A DNA stretch of 64,000 nt from Callorhinchus milii (Eukaryota). Under the pieces are notes generated by a model. It saw nothing but the letters and a program-made list of their open reading frames with translations. It did not search any database and was not told where the DNA came from. The position numbers and the translations under genes were made by a program. Shown here in pieces: positions 12,324 to 24,021 of the stretch. The stretch lies in contig NW_024704743.1 in the NCBI RefSeq assembly GCF_018977255.1, positions 55,802,001-55,866,000 of the forward strand, given 5' to 3'. The first letter of the stretch is position 1; each line of letters begins with the position of its first letter.

Positions 12324-13514
12324 TGGGAAAATCTCATCCGATTGAGAACACGTTGAACCGAGAGTTGGGTGTAGCGATGGGTTTAACTGTAAACACCAGA
12401 GCAGAGTATAAAGATCTGACACAACTGTCAGCCTGTGTTCATCTGTCCAAAGGTAACATGTGCCACTGAAACTGAAGAGGACATGTCATGCAAAGACCGA
12501 TGAGACCCAATAGATCGAGGCTCCTGGATGTGTCAAAGCAGGTGGGGGAAGGGGAGGTCAAACTGGATAAAATTACATGGGATTTTTTTTTCTCTCTCTC
12601 TCTGATTCTTTGATTGCATTCGTGCGTTTTCCTCTTTCGTTGCCCCTCCTTCGTTCCCTTTATCTTATCGGCCGATTTTATTTCGCAGCAGTTTGGGTTT
12701 TCCACTTATTGCCCTATTCAACTTCTTTCGAAAAATTCCTCAATGCAATGCATTCCACCGCCCCCCCCCCCCCCCACCACACCCCCCCACACACACACAC
12801 CTTCTCCTCCACCCCCTTCACTCAAAGCTAATGCGCTAACAAACAAAGTGAAACTGATACCCAACTCAATGAGCAGCCAAACATCAGTTGAAAAATTGTC
12901 TCGCTTTGCGAAGTTGTTTGTTTCCTTACTGTTCATAAGGAGACAGGGAAAGGGGGAGTACTCCAGAGAGTGAGAGTGAGACAGGTTACTGTACACAGAG
13001 AAAGGGAGACAAATAGAGTAGGCAATGCAACAATATTATTTGCACTGTGTCTTTCACATCAGAGAACACGTCAAACACAAACACACAAAAATACATCTTG
13101 TGCTTTTTTGTTGTTGCTTGTGATCTTTCCAGCTTCCTTTTAACCATTCATGGCAAGATCCTGGCTGGATCCACTCATTACAGGCGCTAAAATCGTACTC
13201 ACTTTGGGCAGCGAAACCTTCGGGATATAATTTTCTTTCCCGGAATGTCACGGTGAACGCTGCTCCCAGTCGGGGGATGTGTTACATTATTTGCGTTAAG
13301 CCTACATTGCTAGTTGAATTCTAGATTAAAGCAGAAAGGAGATCTGCAGCAGGAGACCCAGATGTGGTTTTCCCATGTTGTCCTCCACGCCATGCAGACA
13401 GCGGGTAATTTGAGCTGCGAAATTAACTCTCCGCGGTTTACACTCCTCCGAGGAGCTTTGATGGAGCTATAAATCCGTAATTGTTTATGGTACACAAGTA
13501 AACAGGGCATAACG

Positions 13515-13710
13515 GGGTAATAATTCTTCCCCCAAAAATCACTCATTCCACGACTGTTTGTGGGCCACTGCTGTGCACAATTGGCTGCCACATTTTCACC
13601 CACCAAATACACAGTCAATTCACTTTACAGTATATCCTATGAATCACATTGAGATGTCCTACGGATGTGATAAGGCACTATATCAATGCAAAGATTATTA
13701 TTATTATTAT
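13515..13710 (+). mobile_element. Deu-type SINE 3' half
   Basis: Core ctgtttgtgggccactgctgtgcacaattggctgcc plus (TTA)n tail. Confidence 0.8.
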
Positions 13711-14489
13711 AACAACATGATGGTAGCGAAGATAAACATTTCTGAGATTTTTTTCCAGAGGTGTTAAAATACTTAAAACTGTAGCTGTTGTTATGAAAGT
13801 TGGGGCGTACATGAATACCCTGGGGATCCAAACATTTATGAAAACAACAACAACTTGGATTTATATAGCGCTCTCCACACCGGACGGCGTATCAGAACTC
13901 CGTCCGGCCGTCCAGGATCAACAATCAGCTCGGCTCTCCTTACTCACAAATTGTGAATTATTGCACATCATTATTAGCCACCACCAATTTATTTATCTAA
14001 ATAAACTTATCACTTATGCTTTGATTTGATTTTTTAAACAATGTTTAATGAATTTGTTTGATTTTGGTGCATTTATTGATGCGGAGGTCATCTATATATA
14101 TATCTGACACTCATAAAAAATCAAATTAAAGCACAAATTATGAGCTTATTTAGATAAATAAATTGGTTAAATTGGCTGATTGTTGACTTAAGTTTTCATA
14201 AATGTTTGTAACCATACGTATTCATGTGTGTCCAACTTTTATCATATCAAGTAGCACAATATCAATCAGGGAAAAAAAGTATCAGTCAGGGGAAAAAAAA
14301 AACACAAAAATTAATTTAACCATTGGGTCACAGGATGCACAAATATATACCTTGTTCAAATTATTTTACATTTTCAATGTATTAAAAGCATATTCGAGCA
14401 CTTTAATAAACAGAACAAACATAAGCAGGAAATTATACAAAAATAGTGTTCAGTTGAGTCCTAAGGTATTGGGGCATAAAATAAGAAAT

Positions 14490-14880
14490 AACAATAATCC
14501 TTACATTTGATACAGTGCCTTTCATCTCAGGAGGATGTCTCAAAGTGCTTCACAGGATTTATGATAAATAATCCTTACATTTGATATAGTGCTTTTCACA
14601 TTCAGAAGTCTCACAGTACTTCACAGGATTTAATAATAAATAATCCTTACATTTGTTTTTGTGCCTTTCACATCAGGAGAATATCTCACAATGTTTCACA
14701 GGATATATAGCAAGGTGTATTTTCTGTATATATTTTGTGGGCAAATGAGGCAGGCAATTTGCACACAACAGTGTCCCAAAAGCAGCCATGGAGTGAGTGA
14801 CCAGTTTTATTTGGGGGATTATTGGCCAAAATACTGGGAGAAACTCCCTTGAAAAAAAGTACCAGTACTGCTGTAATTAA
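14490..14880 (-). mobile_element. Deu-type SINE 3' half with triplicated tail
   Basis: Three tandem aataatccttacatttg...cacaggat units followed by the core on the minus strand. Confidence 0.75.
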
Positions 14881-16937
14881 ACATGCACAACACAAACCGA
14901 TTACTGCAAAAATATTCGGCAACATTTTGGTCGTAGCATTTATGGCCGTCTTCATAATCATTGATTTTTAGCTACAGTATAGAACAGCTTTTAGAATAAC
15001 TACAGTATTACACACCAAATATAGTTGTGTGCATAATTTCAAATAAATCCATAAATAATAAATGAAATTGTGCAATTAAATTTGACAAAATATGTTTGGT
15101 ATAAAAAGGCTGATGTTTATTAAATGTACATCTCCATCATTTAGAATGTGTATTTTGCAATAATAATGAATAATAATCCTTACATTTAGTATAGTGCCTT
15201 TCATGTCAGGATGATGTCTCAATCAGTTTACAGGATATACTGTAAAGTGTATTGACTATATTTTGTGGGTGAACATTGTGTATTGTTTGTTACTAATAAG
15301 CTGTGTTAACTTTTTAATATGATTATTTAGCTGACAAAATGCACAGTCAATCCACTTTGCAATCTATCCTGTGAAGTGCTTTGAAATGTCTCAACGACGT
15401 AATCAGGTGCTACATCAAATACAAGGTTTATTATTATTAAATAGTGTTTAAAAGATTAGATGTTTCATAATATAAAAAAGCGTATGATTTTGATAGACAT
15501 TTAAAGTTCAGCTACAAAAATATACAGCAACTATACTTTACCGTGAATTCTGTGAGGCACTTTAGACGTCCTTTTGGTGTTTTATCAAATGCAAGGATTA
15601 TTTATTCAAATGTTATTAAACATTTGTTGTTTCATAACATTTATTCAAATGTTATTAAATTACAAATGTTTCATTTGAGTAAATGTTATTAAACTGCTTT
15701 TTAATAAACCCCAATATTAGCAAACTTTCAACAATGTTTTGGTATATGGAACATATTTAAAGTGTCAATTTAGCACTATACATTTTTACATTACAGTAGT
15801 CTTGTTAGATGTAAACCTAATGATAAGCAATATTTTTTCAAGTGGATTCCTTGATAGGGATCTATTTGCAATTCCCAATTTAAAGAAATACCAAAACTAT
15901 CAGCATCAAAGTAAACCAGGAATCTTTTCAAAACCATAGTTAGAACATACGGCCATTATTTATTTTGCCTTCAGGGTGCTATTAAATACAGTTTAGTTAA
16001 CCAAAAATATATTTAATCTTATATAACTTAAAGACATAAGGATGCATGGAACTGGATAAGTTATTCAGCCTACCAAATCCATTTTTTTTCACAGACCATT
16101 CAAAATAAGCCCTCTCATGGATTTCACTGCACCATTTTATATCCTAGCAGAAAGTTCTGTATAGATTGTTGGTCCCCTAAGGCAATAAAAATAGAAACTC
16201 CATAATATTTGTCCTTACCCACAGCTACGCTATTGAATCCTGGCATCCTTCCCTCTACCCACATCCCAGGAATCATTGTGTTCCATGGAATACATAAAAA
16301 TAGGAGTTATGTAAACACAAAAGTGGATGAGAAGGTTGGTGACACGGTGTTTACTGTGTGAGTGAGGTTGGCTCACTTATCTCATCACCCCATGAGCTAC
16401 CAAGTCACACTAACTCTTGGGTTTATGATTTTGCCCCATTCGACCATGTGTAGGCAAAGTGCCATATTATTATATTGCTTCCACAAATCTCCAGTGAATA
16501 TGCTTTAGTTTCTCTTAAAGTGTCACTGTATCAATTACTGTAGACCCCAATCCATTTCAGATCTCATCTCTTGGTAGGCTGGCTAGCTCTCACTGCCAAG
16601 GTGACAGAAGCAAATCAAGTGAAGAATAGCTTCTCAGATATTTCTTACATTTTACAGGCAAGCACCCCACAGTGTTAGCGTCTCTCTGGTCAAATTTGTA
16701 TTGGGTCTAACAAAAGCAAACCCAAGAGCATTGCCATCTGGAATTAACAGTTATGAGTGGAGAACTCTTTGAGTATTACAGGCGCCTTATAATATTAGAA
16801 TTAGTAAAAAGACTTTGGCCAAAATAATGTTCCACCAGATGCCACAAATCCATACTTTTCAGGGTGAAATATCAGGCTGTTATACACATAAATATTTATA
16901 AGATTAAAAGATAAATATTTATAATATATATATATAT

Positions 16938-17170
16938 ATTAGTAAGGGCTGTAATTTACCTTTTAATCTTAATTTATAAGATTAATTATAAGATTAAGAT
17001 TAAAATTGTAAGGGCTGCAGGAACAGGGTCTATTTATATCATATATATATATAGGGTTTATATATATAAGGGAAAATTAGTAAGGGCTGTAATTTATCTT
17101 TTAATCTTAATTTATAAGATTAATTATAAGATTAAGATTAAAATTGTAAAGGCTGCAGGAACAGGGTCTA
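16938..17170. repeat. 95-bp direct duplication (16938-17032 and 17076-17170)
   Basis: Two copies with 2 mismatches, separated by an AT-rich spacer. Confidence 0.9.
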
Positions 17171-17818
17171 GACCTGGGGGTTCACATACACAAATATTTG
17201 AAGGTGGCAGGACAAGTTGATAAAGCAGTTAAAAAAGCATATGGGATCCTGGGCTTTATAAATAGAGGTATAGAGTATAAGAGCAAGGAAGTTATGTTGA
17301 ACATTTACAAATTGCTGGTTAGGCCTCAGCTGGAGTATTTGTTCAATTCTGGGCACCACACTTTAGGAAGGATGTCAGGGTCTTGGTGAGGGTGCAGAGA
17401 TGATTTACAAGAATGATACCAGAGAGACTTGAGAGCCTGGGATTATTCTCCTTAGAGCAGAGACGGTTGAGGGGATATTTAATAGAGGTGTTCAAAATTA
17501 TGAGGGGTTTTGATAGAGTAAATAGGGAGAGACTGTTTCCTTTGGTGGGTGGATCGGTAACCAGGTGACATTGATTTAAGATAATTAAATAATTAAAAGA
17601 ACCAGAGGGGAGAGAAGGAGAATTTTGGGTGGTGGAAGCAGATTTGATATCAGCTTTCAAACGGGAATTTGATAGGCTCTTGAAAAGGAAGAATTTGCAG
17701 GGCTATGGGGCAAGAACGAGGGGAGTGATACTAGATGGTAGCTCTTTCAAAGAACTGGCACAGGCACGATGGGCCGAATGGCCTCCTTCTGTGGTGTAAG
17801 CATATATGATTCTATGAA
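17150..17818 (+). mobile_element. CR1-clade LINE 3' fragment (decayed ORF2 C-terminus and 3' UTR)
   Basis: ORF 17198-17389 KVAGQVDKAVKKAYGILGFINRGIEYKSKEVMLNIYKLLVRPQLEY is typical of the CR1 ORF2 C-terminus and is frameshifted. Ends gggccgaatggcctccttctg...tatgattctatga. Confidence 0.92.
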
Positions 17819-18574
17819 ATAGAACTAACCTTTTATCAGAACAAATATCCTGTGGAGCATCAATGAAACATAAGAATATTAAAATGCTTTCAGTATATCG
17901 TTTTGACCACTTTTCTGGTTTCATTTAAGGCTGTCAGATCACAAGACTCATACTTCTTCAAAGGTTTAGTGACAGATAACAAGAAGAATAAAGCAGAAAA
18001 AAAAATTCAATTGTATTGGTATTGAAAGCTAGTAAACAAAACGCCACAAAAATATTGAGTGCAAGAATCATAAAACTTTAAGATTAATTATTCAAGGAAA
18101 CGTTTTCAGAGAGGAGACTGCAATTCTAAAGCAGGTTGAAATATAATCTATTTTAGAAAATAACACTTGCTTCTTAATTGTGGCTTATTGTGTGTTAATA
18201 AAACAAAAAGTAAAAAATGTCCCCAAATAAATAGAGCAATCACACTCACTTTGCTCCTGATGTTTTGTAACCTCGGTACTAATTCGTGCCTTTACGATTT
18301 GACGATTTGGCACCTCAATGCCCTATTCTTCTGGAACATTTTCAACGTGACATCCTGTATATTAGGTGTTTCTGAGTGAATGGGATCAAGTCGCAGCACA
18401 GCTTTCTCACGCTATTTCCAGAAAGTCCAATGTACTGATGAGAACAGAAAGCCCACCTTATGGCTCCCATTCAGAAGCTGAGGGTTGGGGCGTCTTTAGT
18501 GAAGGTGCAGTTCTGGGCAAGTCAATTTTGATCTTGCTTTTGAAATGGAAAAGTGAATTATTATTAAACATTTG

Positions 18575-18715
18575 TTGAGATGCGGAATGCCCTGCTGAGC
18601 AAGGTCGTGAAGTCAGAGTCTATGTAGCTTTCAAGAGGGAAGTAGATAGACATATGAAAGAGCAGGCCTTGAAGGAGTATGGGGATAAAGCGGGGCAATG
18701 TGATTAAATTAATCT
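18575..18715 (+). mobile_element. CR1 3' fragment
   Basis: Similar to 17620-17730 (tagctttcaagagggaa...ggagtatgggga). Confidence 0.6.
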
Positions 18716-19604
18716 CTTTGTTTTGTGAACTAGTATGGACTCTACCATTTGAAAACACAGCAAAAACACAATAACTTATATTTCTATTGTACTCTCATGC
18801 AGGTTGTATCTCAGAGTGCTTAAAATACATCTCAATCTACAGTATGAATATTGCCACATTTATACCACAATATTATAATGTGCATTAATATCTATTTGTA
18901 GCATGCGCATGGTCGTTTCCTTTTACGATGCACATTTCTATGTTTCTATCAGACAATATAGGATGGACCAGATGTGACAAAAAATTATGTGAGTTACTAT
19001 GAATTTTTGGTGGCTGAACGAGGGAAAATTAGTCTTATTAGAATTTGTTATCAGTCAATATGATACTGATTTGTTCTCTATGCTCATGCTACAAGTAGAT
19101 ACTAATACTCATTAAAATATTGTGGTGTAAATGTGACAGTATTCATACTGTAGATTGAGATATGTTTTTTAACATATCTCCGAGATGCAAGACGCTTGAA
19201 GAGTACCATATAAAAAGCAAGTTTTTGTTGTTATTACTATGTTATCAAGTGATGGATTCAAGGCATTTAAGCATTTATCATTTAAAAAATGTTTATGTGT
19301 TAATATAACAATTGCTAAATATTAAATTATACAGAGTTGCATTCTGTCTGATTGGGTACTGCACTATAAACACAATGAAGATTTCTCATTGGGACTGCAG
19401 ATCCTTTGACATGCCCACCATTCGTGACTAGTCTCCAGCGAAGGACATCTAGACCGGCAGTGAGTGGATCAAGAGTTCTGTAAAGTATATCCAGACAGGA
19501 GAAAACGATAGAGTGAACCAACAATATATTATCTAGAAAATAATGATATTGATGAAAATGATATCTTAGGTGCTTGTGGTGGCGGTGGTGAGGGTGTGGG
19601 GGTG

Positions 19605-19730
19605 CACTGTACATGAGGGAAAAGGGAACAGAAGGGTAAAGGAGGGAGTAAATAATAGATGGAGACTCGTGTGGAGTATAAACACCAGCATGGACTGATT
19701 GGGCCAAGTGGCCTGTTTCTGTGCTGTACA
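19605..19730 (+). mobile_element. CR1/V-SINE-type tail
   Basis: gactcgtgtggagtataaacaccagcatggact..ttgggcc.a.tggcctgtttctgtgctgta; a second copy lies at ~35690. Confidence 0.65.
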
Positions 19731-19982
19731 GCGTATGCAAATATTTGTATTTTGCTTAGAAAATAATTGAAAAATAATGTCATTATTTTGCCAACAAAAT
19801 ACAGTCAATGCACTGTACAGCGCTTTGCGATGTCTTGAAGACACGATAAGGAACTATATTAAATGAAAGGATTATTATTATTGGCTGTGAAGAATAGTTA
19901 AGTGAAGAATTTCATGGAATCTGGAAAAGTCATATGTACATCAAGTTCTACGGGGGGAAAATTGCAGCATTTGTGGTATGTA

Positions 19983-20682
19983 CAACAACAACAACAAGAT
20001 TACATTTGTACAGCGCCTTTCATGTCGGGAGAGCCCCTTGCCATTGGACAGTGTGCAGCATTTCAGACCCAAGCTGGGGTCAAGGTGGAGAAGGGAGGGG
20101 AGGGGATAGGGGGGTGACTAATGGCATTGTCGAAGAGGAGGGATTTTGGGCGGGACTTGAAGGAGGCTAAGCAGGGGCCGAGGCGGAGTGATTGGGGGAT
20201 GGAGTTCCAGAGGTTGGGGGCAGAGTGGCTGAAGTCTCTCCCGCCAATGGTGGGGAGGGTGGGTCGGGGGAGGTGGAGCAGGCCAGAGCTGGCTGAGCGG
20301 AGGGAGTGGGTGGGTTTGTAGGGGGTTAGGAGGTCACAGAGGTAGGGTGGGGTGAGGCCATGGAGGGCTTTGTAGATGAGGACCAGGATTTTGAACTGGA
20401 TCCTCTGAAGGACAAGGAGCCAATGGTGTCGGGCGAGAATGGGGGAGATGGGGTCACGGAGTTTGGTGCGGGAAAGGACACGGGCTGCAGAGTTCTGGAT
20501 TATCTGCAGCCTGTAGAGGGAGGAGTTGGGAAGGCCGACAAGCAGGGGATTTGCATTGTCGAGCCTGGAGGTGATGAAGGCATGAGCAAGAGTTTCAGTG
20601 GCCTGAGGGGTGAGGTAGTGGTGGAGTCGGGTGATGTTATGGAGGTGAGGGAAGGCAGAGCGGGCATGGCTTGGATATGGGG
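19983..20682 (-). mobile_element. L2-clade LINE 3' fragment
   Basis: (CAA)n tail at the left end and a G-rich plus strand. The minus strand encodes decayed L2 ORF2 C-terminal motifs (similar to FKIL.L..K.LHGL.P.YL..LL and GGRAFS..AP.LWNS.P). Confidence 0.88.
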
Positions 20683-21351
20683 AAGAAATTGTATCTCAAT
20701 ACTGTAATTTTATCACATTGACCCAAAATATGGTCAAAGAAATTCAGTAGCCTTAATAATCCCTCCCATACTTCACCCACCCCACTCCTGTACACACACA
20801 CACGCACATACACATACAAACACACCAATGGCAACTATTGGCTGCTTTCGCATATTTGGTCAATGTGAAACTTGTGCACATTTTTTACTCTTTAGTTAAC
20901 AAAGGAAAATGTTGATTTTATCCAGCAAACACAAACAATACCCTCAGGTGAGAGATCCTGAAAGAGAACCTCTTGGTAATGGTTGCTGAACCAGTTACTG
21001 GAAGCAGTTCACAATCGTATTTTTAAGATTCTTTTCCCGGGATTGATGGAAGGCTGAACGGTGGCTAGGAGGATCAGCAAACAGGCAGGTCCGGAAAACC
21101 AGGGTTAAAATTGTTTAGTATCTCTTTGATGGTCTTCTTGTAAAAAGAGAAGCTTTTATTAGGAGCAGATAAGGAAAGTGCAGTGAATGAAATGAAAACT
21201 AAGCAGTATTCATTGAGTTGTAATGAGCAACGTGTCACAGTTGGAATTCAGAAGCAAAACCACTGATACTGGCTTAAACAGGGCATGACACTACAATAAC
21301 ATACCTCAGTAACAATATCACTAATCATGAGGGAAGGAATGTCGGAAAATG

Positions 21352-21870
21352 TGTGTCAACCTGGCTCAGTTGGTGTTACTCTCGCCTCTGAGTCAGAAAG
21401 TTGTCAGCCCCGCATTAGAACGTTGAACTCACATAGTCTGGGCTGACACTCCAGTGCTGTGCTGGGGGTGCAGGGGAATGGTGTTGCATTGCCAGAGGTG
21501 CCGTCTTTTGGATGAGACATTAAACTAAGGTCCAGTCTGCCTGTTCAGGAGGGCTGCAGTGACATTTAGTATTTAATATTTCTTGCTGCTCATTCCTAAA
21601 GTTAATTGTTATGGCAAGTAAGGGAATTTAAAATGAAATGAATAGCCAAAGGCAATAAATGCCACGAGATATGTTTCATATATTTTTGGGGATTGGTGAT
21701 AAGATGGACATTGAGTAGAAAGCGGATACAATTGGTCATTCACTTCATGGATGTTTGTGGGAAATTGTTGTTTGCAAATTGGCTGCCTCATTACACTTTA
21801 CAGCAATTACCTTTAAAGCACTTTGAGGCATTTTGACATTATATTATATCAAATACAGGGATTATTATTA
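21352..21870 (+). mobile_element. Older Deu-type SINE, interrupted
   Basis: Head gtgtcaacctggctcagttgg..ctctcgcctctgagtcagaaagttg, body, core at ~21750 and tail at ~21850. Confidence 0.75.
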
Positions 21871-22296
21871 AATATGTGCTTATTTTTCCAATTTTGATGC
21901 AAAGGGAAATGCAATGTTCTCTGTAAGTTCTAACATCAATGTGCGTGTGTGAATATGTGTGTGTGTGTGTGCGTGCGTGTGGCATATCTTGAAGCATATC
22001 TGTTTTACCTCCAGGCTCGCTTGCTCTAGTTTTTTGACTGATTTTGAATCTGCGCACTTCTCTCCCTCACTTTCTGCATAGTTGTTGAAAGCTTGCTGGG
22101 TTTTATCAAGGAAACACTTGGGAAACTGAACTTACTGGCCCAAAATTCTACAGTGATAGATTTTGATATGGTTCAAAGAGATCATCTTGGCTAGTGTCAC
22201 CACAGTCTGATAATCTGAGCTCCACGGAGGTACTCTTAAAAATGCAATTATTTTAACATAAGTGATTTGTTAGATGTCTTTTTGGGGGATGATTGT

Positions 22297-22512
22297 CCTT
22301 CCAGTAGCTCAGCTGATAAATTTGTTTCTCTGCGTGTAGCTCATCACCTAGATCAGAAAGGTTTCTATGTCTGATGCCTGGTCAATGTTGAGCGAGCTGA
22401 TGTCAGTATCTCTGGGCCAAGGAGAGACAAATTCAGCCAAAGTTGGAGTTACAGACTGCTATTCAGTATCCCCTGCTGGAAACTGTCTGTGTGTGGATTT
22501 TGAGCGAGGACA
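22297..22512 (+). mobile_element. Old tRNA-headed SINE of a second, unnamed family
   Basis: Shares gagctgat.tcag...ctat.cagt.accc.tgctggaaa...gtgtgga with ~25937-26230, ~36525-36830, and minus-strand ~32840-33000 and ~59880-60190. Confidence 0.55.
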
Positions 22513-22613
22513 CTTTTGACATCCTGTACTATCTCTCAAGGATGCATAGCTTTTTGATACATTCTTGGCATGCATATTAAGAATGAACCATTTAACACTT
22601 CCCTCCTTCCCCT

Positions 22614-22772
22614 ATAATAATAATAATAATAATAATCCTTGCATTTGATATAGCGCTTTTCACGTCGGGAGGACGTCCCAAAGCGCTTCACAGAATATAC
22701 TGTAAAGTGAATTGACTGTATATTTGTGGGCGAACGTGGCAGCCAATTGTGCACAGCAATGTCCCACAAACT
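22614..22772 (-). mobile_element. Young Deu-type SINE, 5'-truncated
   Basis: Nearly identical to the 3' part of the copies at 36097 and 57578. Confidence 0.88.
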
Positions 22773-24021
22773 ATGGACTAGTATATGAAGGCAGAATTAG
22801 GCTATACGTACCAGAAGGTTACAGTTTAAATCCCAGTCTATGTAGAGTTAATGTATCTGAACGAAGGCAGAGATTGGGGCAGTGCAGCTGGCCTGTGTTC
22901 ATGGTTTTTAAGGGCCAAATCAGCCAAATAACTTGTTCTTAATTGATGTCCATAGTACTGCAGGAGGAAATACAGTCCTACTGGAAGGGGTGATATATGG
23001 ATGTTCGATCTTTTCTGGTCTTTTGGTATCCATGTGGATGTTGGATGAGGAAAGAATTGGACCCAGTTATGATGCCTTTCCTGATCAAATGACTGGCTGA
23101 CACTGCTGGGCTCACACAAAAAGAATGATCAATTGGGCAAGGGTAAACAGTGGGGTAAACAGTGCCATTGAAATTCACCTTGGCACAAGTCTGTAATATT
23201 AGAAGAGAACGGGAGTGTATTAGAGGAAGCAGAACAGGATAATCTAAAAAATAATACAACAAAATATCCATGACACAGATCCAATACTTAACAATTGCAC
23301 TGCTTGTCCATAAACTTTCCTTCATTTTTGATCCTATTCGAATTCCTGCTTTCCTTTTCCCTTTTGCCTGAATCCTCAGTGCATTAAGTCAAGATTTACT
23401 TAACAATCAGCGTGAAATAAACAAGAACTTAATTCCCTCCTCAAACAGGTGAAGTTGAAGAATTACTCATAAAGATATGGTTTTAATATAGAATACAATG
23501 TGCAATTGCCTAAAAACATTGATAGGTTTACGGCTGCAGTCGCAGTCAGTGAGATGTGCAATGGGCACCTTCAGTTGTTTTGAGAGACAGATTTGTTTTG
23601 CATTTCAGGGAGTGCTCAGCTGTCAACATGAAAAGTTGTAGAATCCAGGTTCGCAGAGATGTTGTCAGGATTGTGGATAGCCATAACAAGGAACAACTAC
23701 CTCCAAAACTCTTGGATGGCTTGATTTATATAAATATAGTTCACTGTAGTAAGTCTTTGGTTTCCCGAGGATTTAATTTCAAAGTAACATTGGTTCAGTT
23801 CTCAACTAATCTAGTCTGTTAAATGTGCATTCATGAAAGTGATGCTTGAAATCATGGGGTGAAAATATATGTATTTCACAACAGATTTGATAATTTTCCA
23901 ATATTATGAAACATTGCATTTCCCAATCGATTATGAAAGACTGGCTGAGAGTGTGAACATACATTCCCCTCCCCAATAGTAATAACAATAAAATAATAAT
24001 AACGGTTGGGGCCAGAGATTT

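Noticed and set aside
14490..14710. Regularly spaced repeats that could suggest a CRISPR-like array
   Set aside because: Eukaryotic SINE tails with homologous rather than unique spacers; no cas genes.
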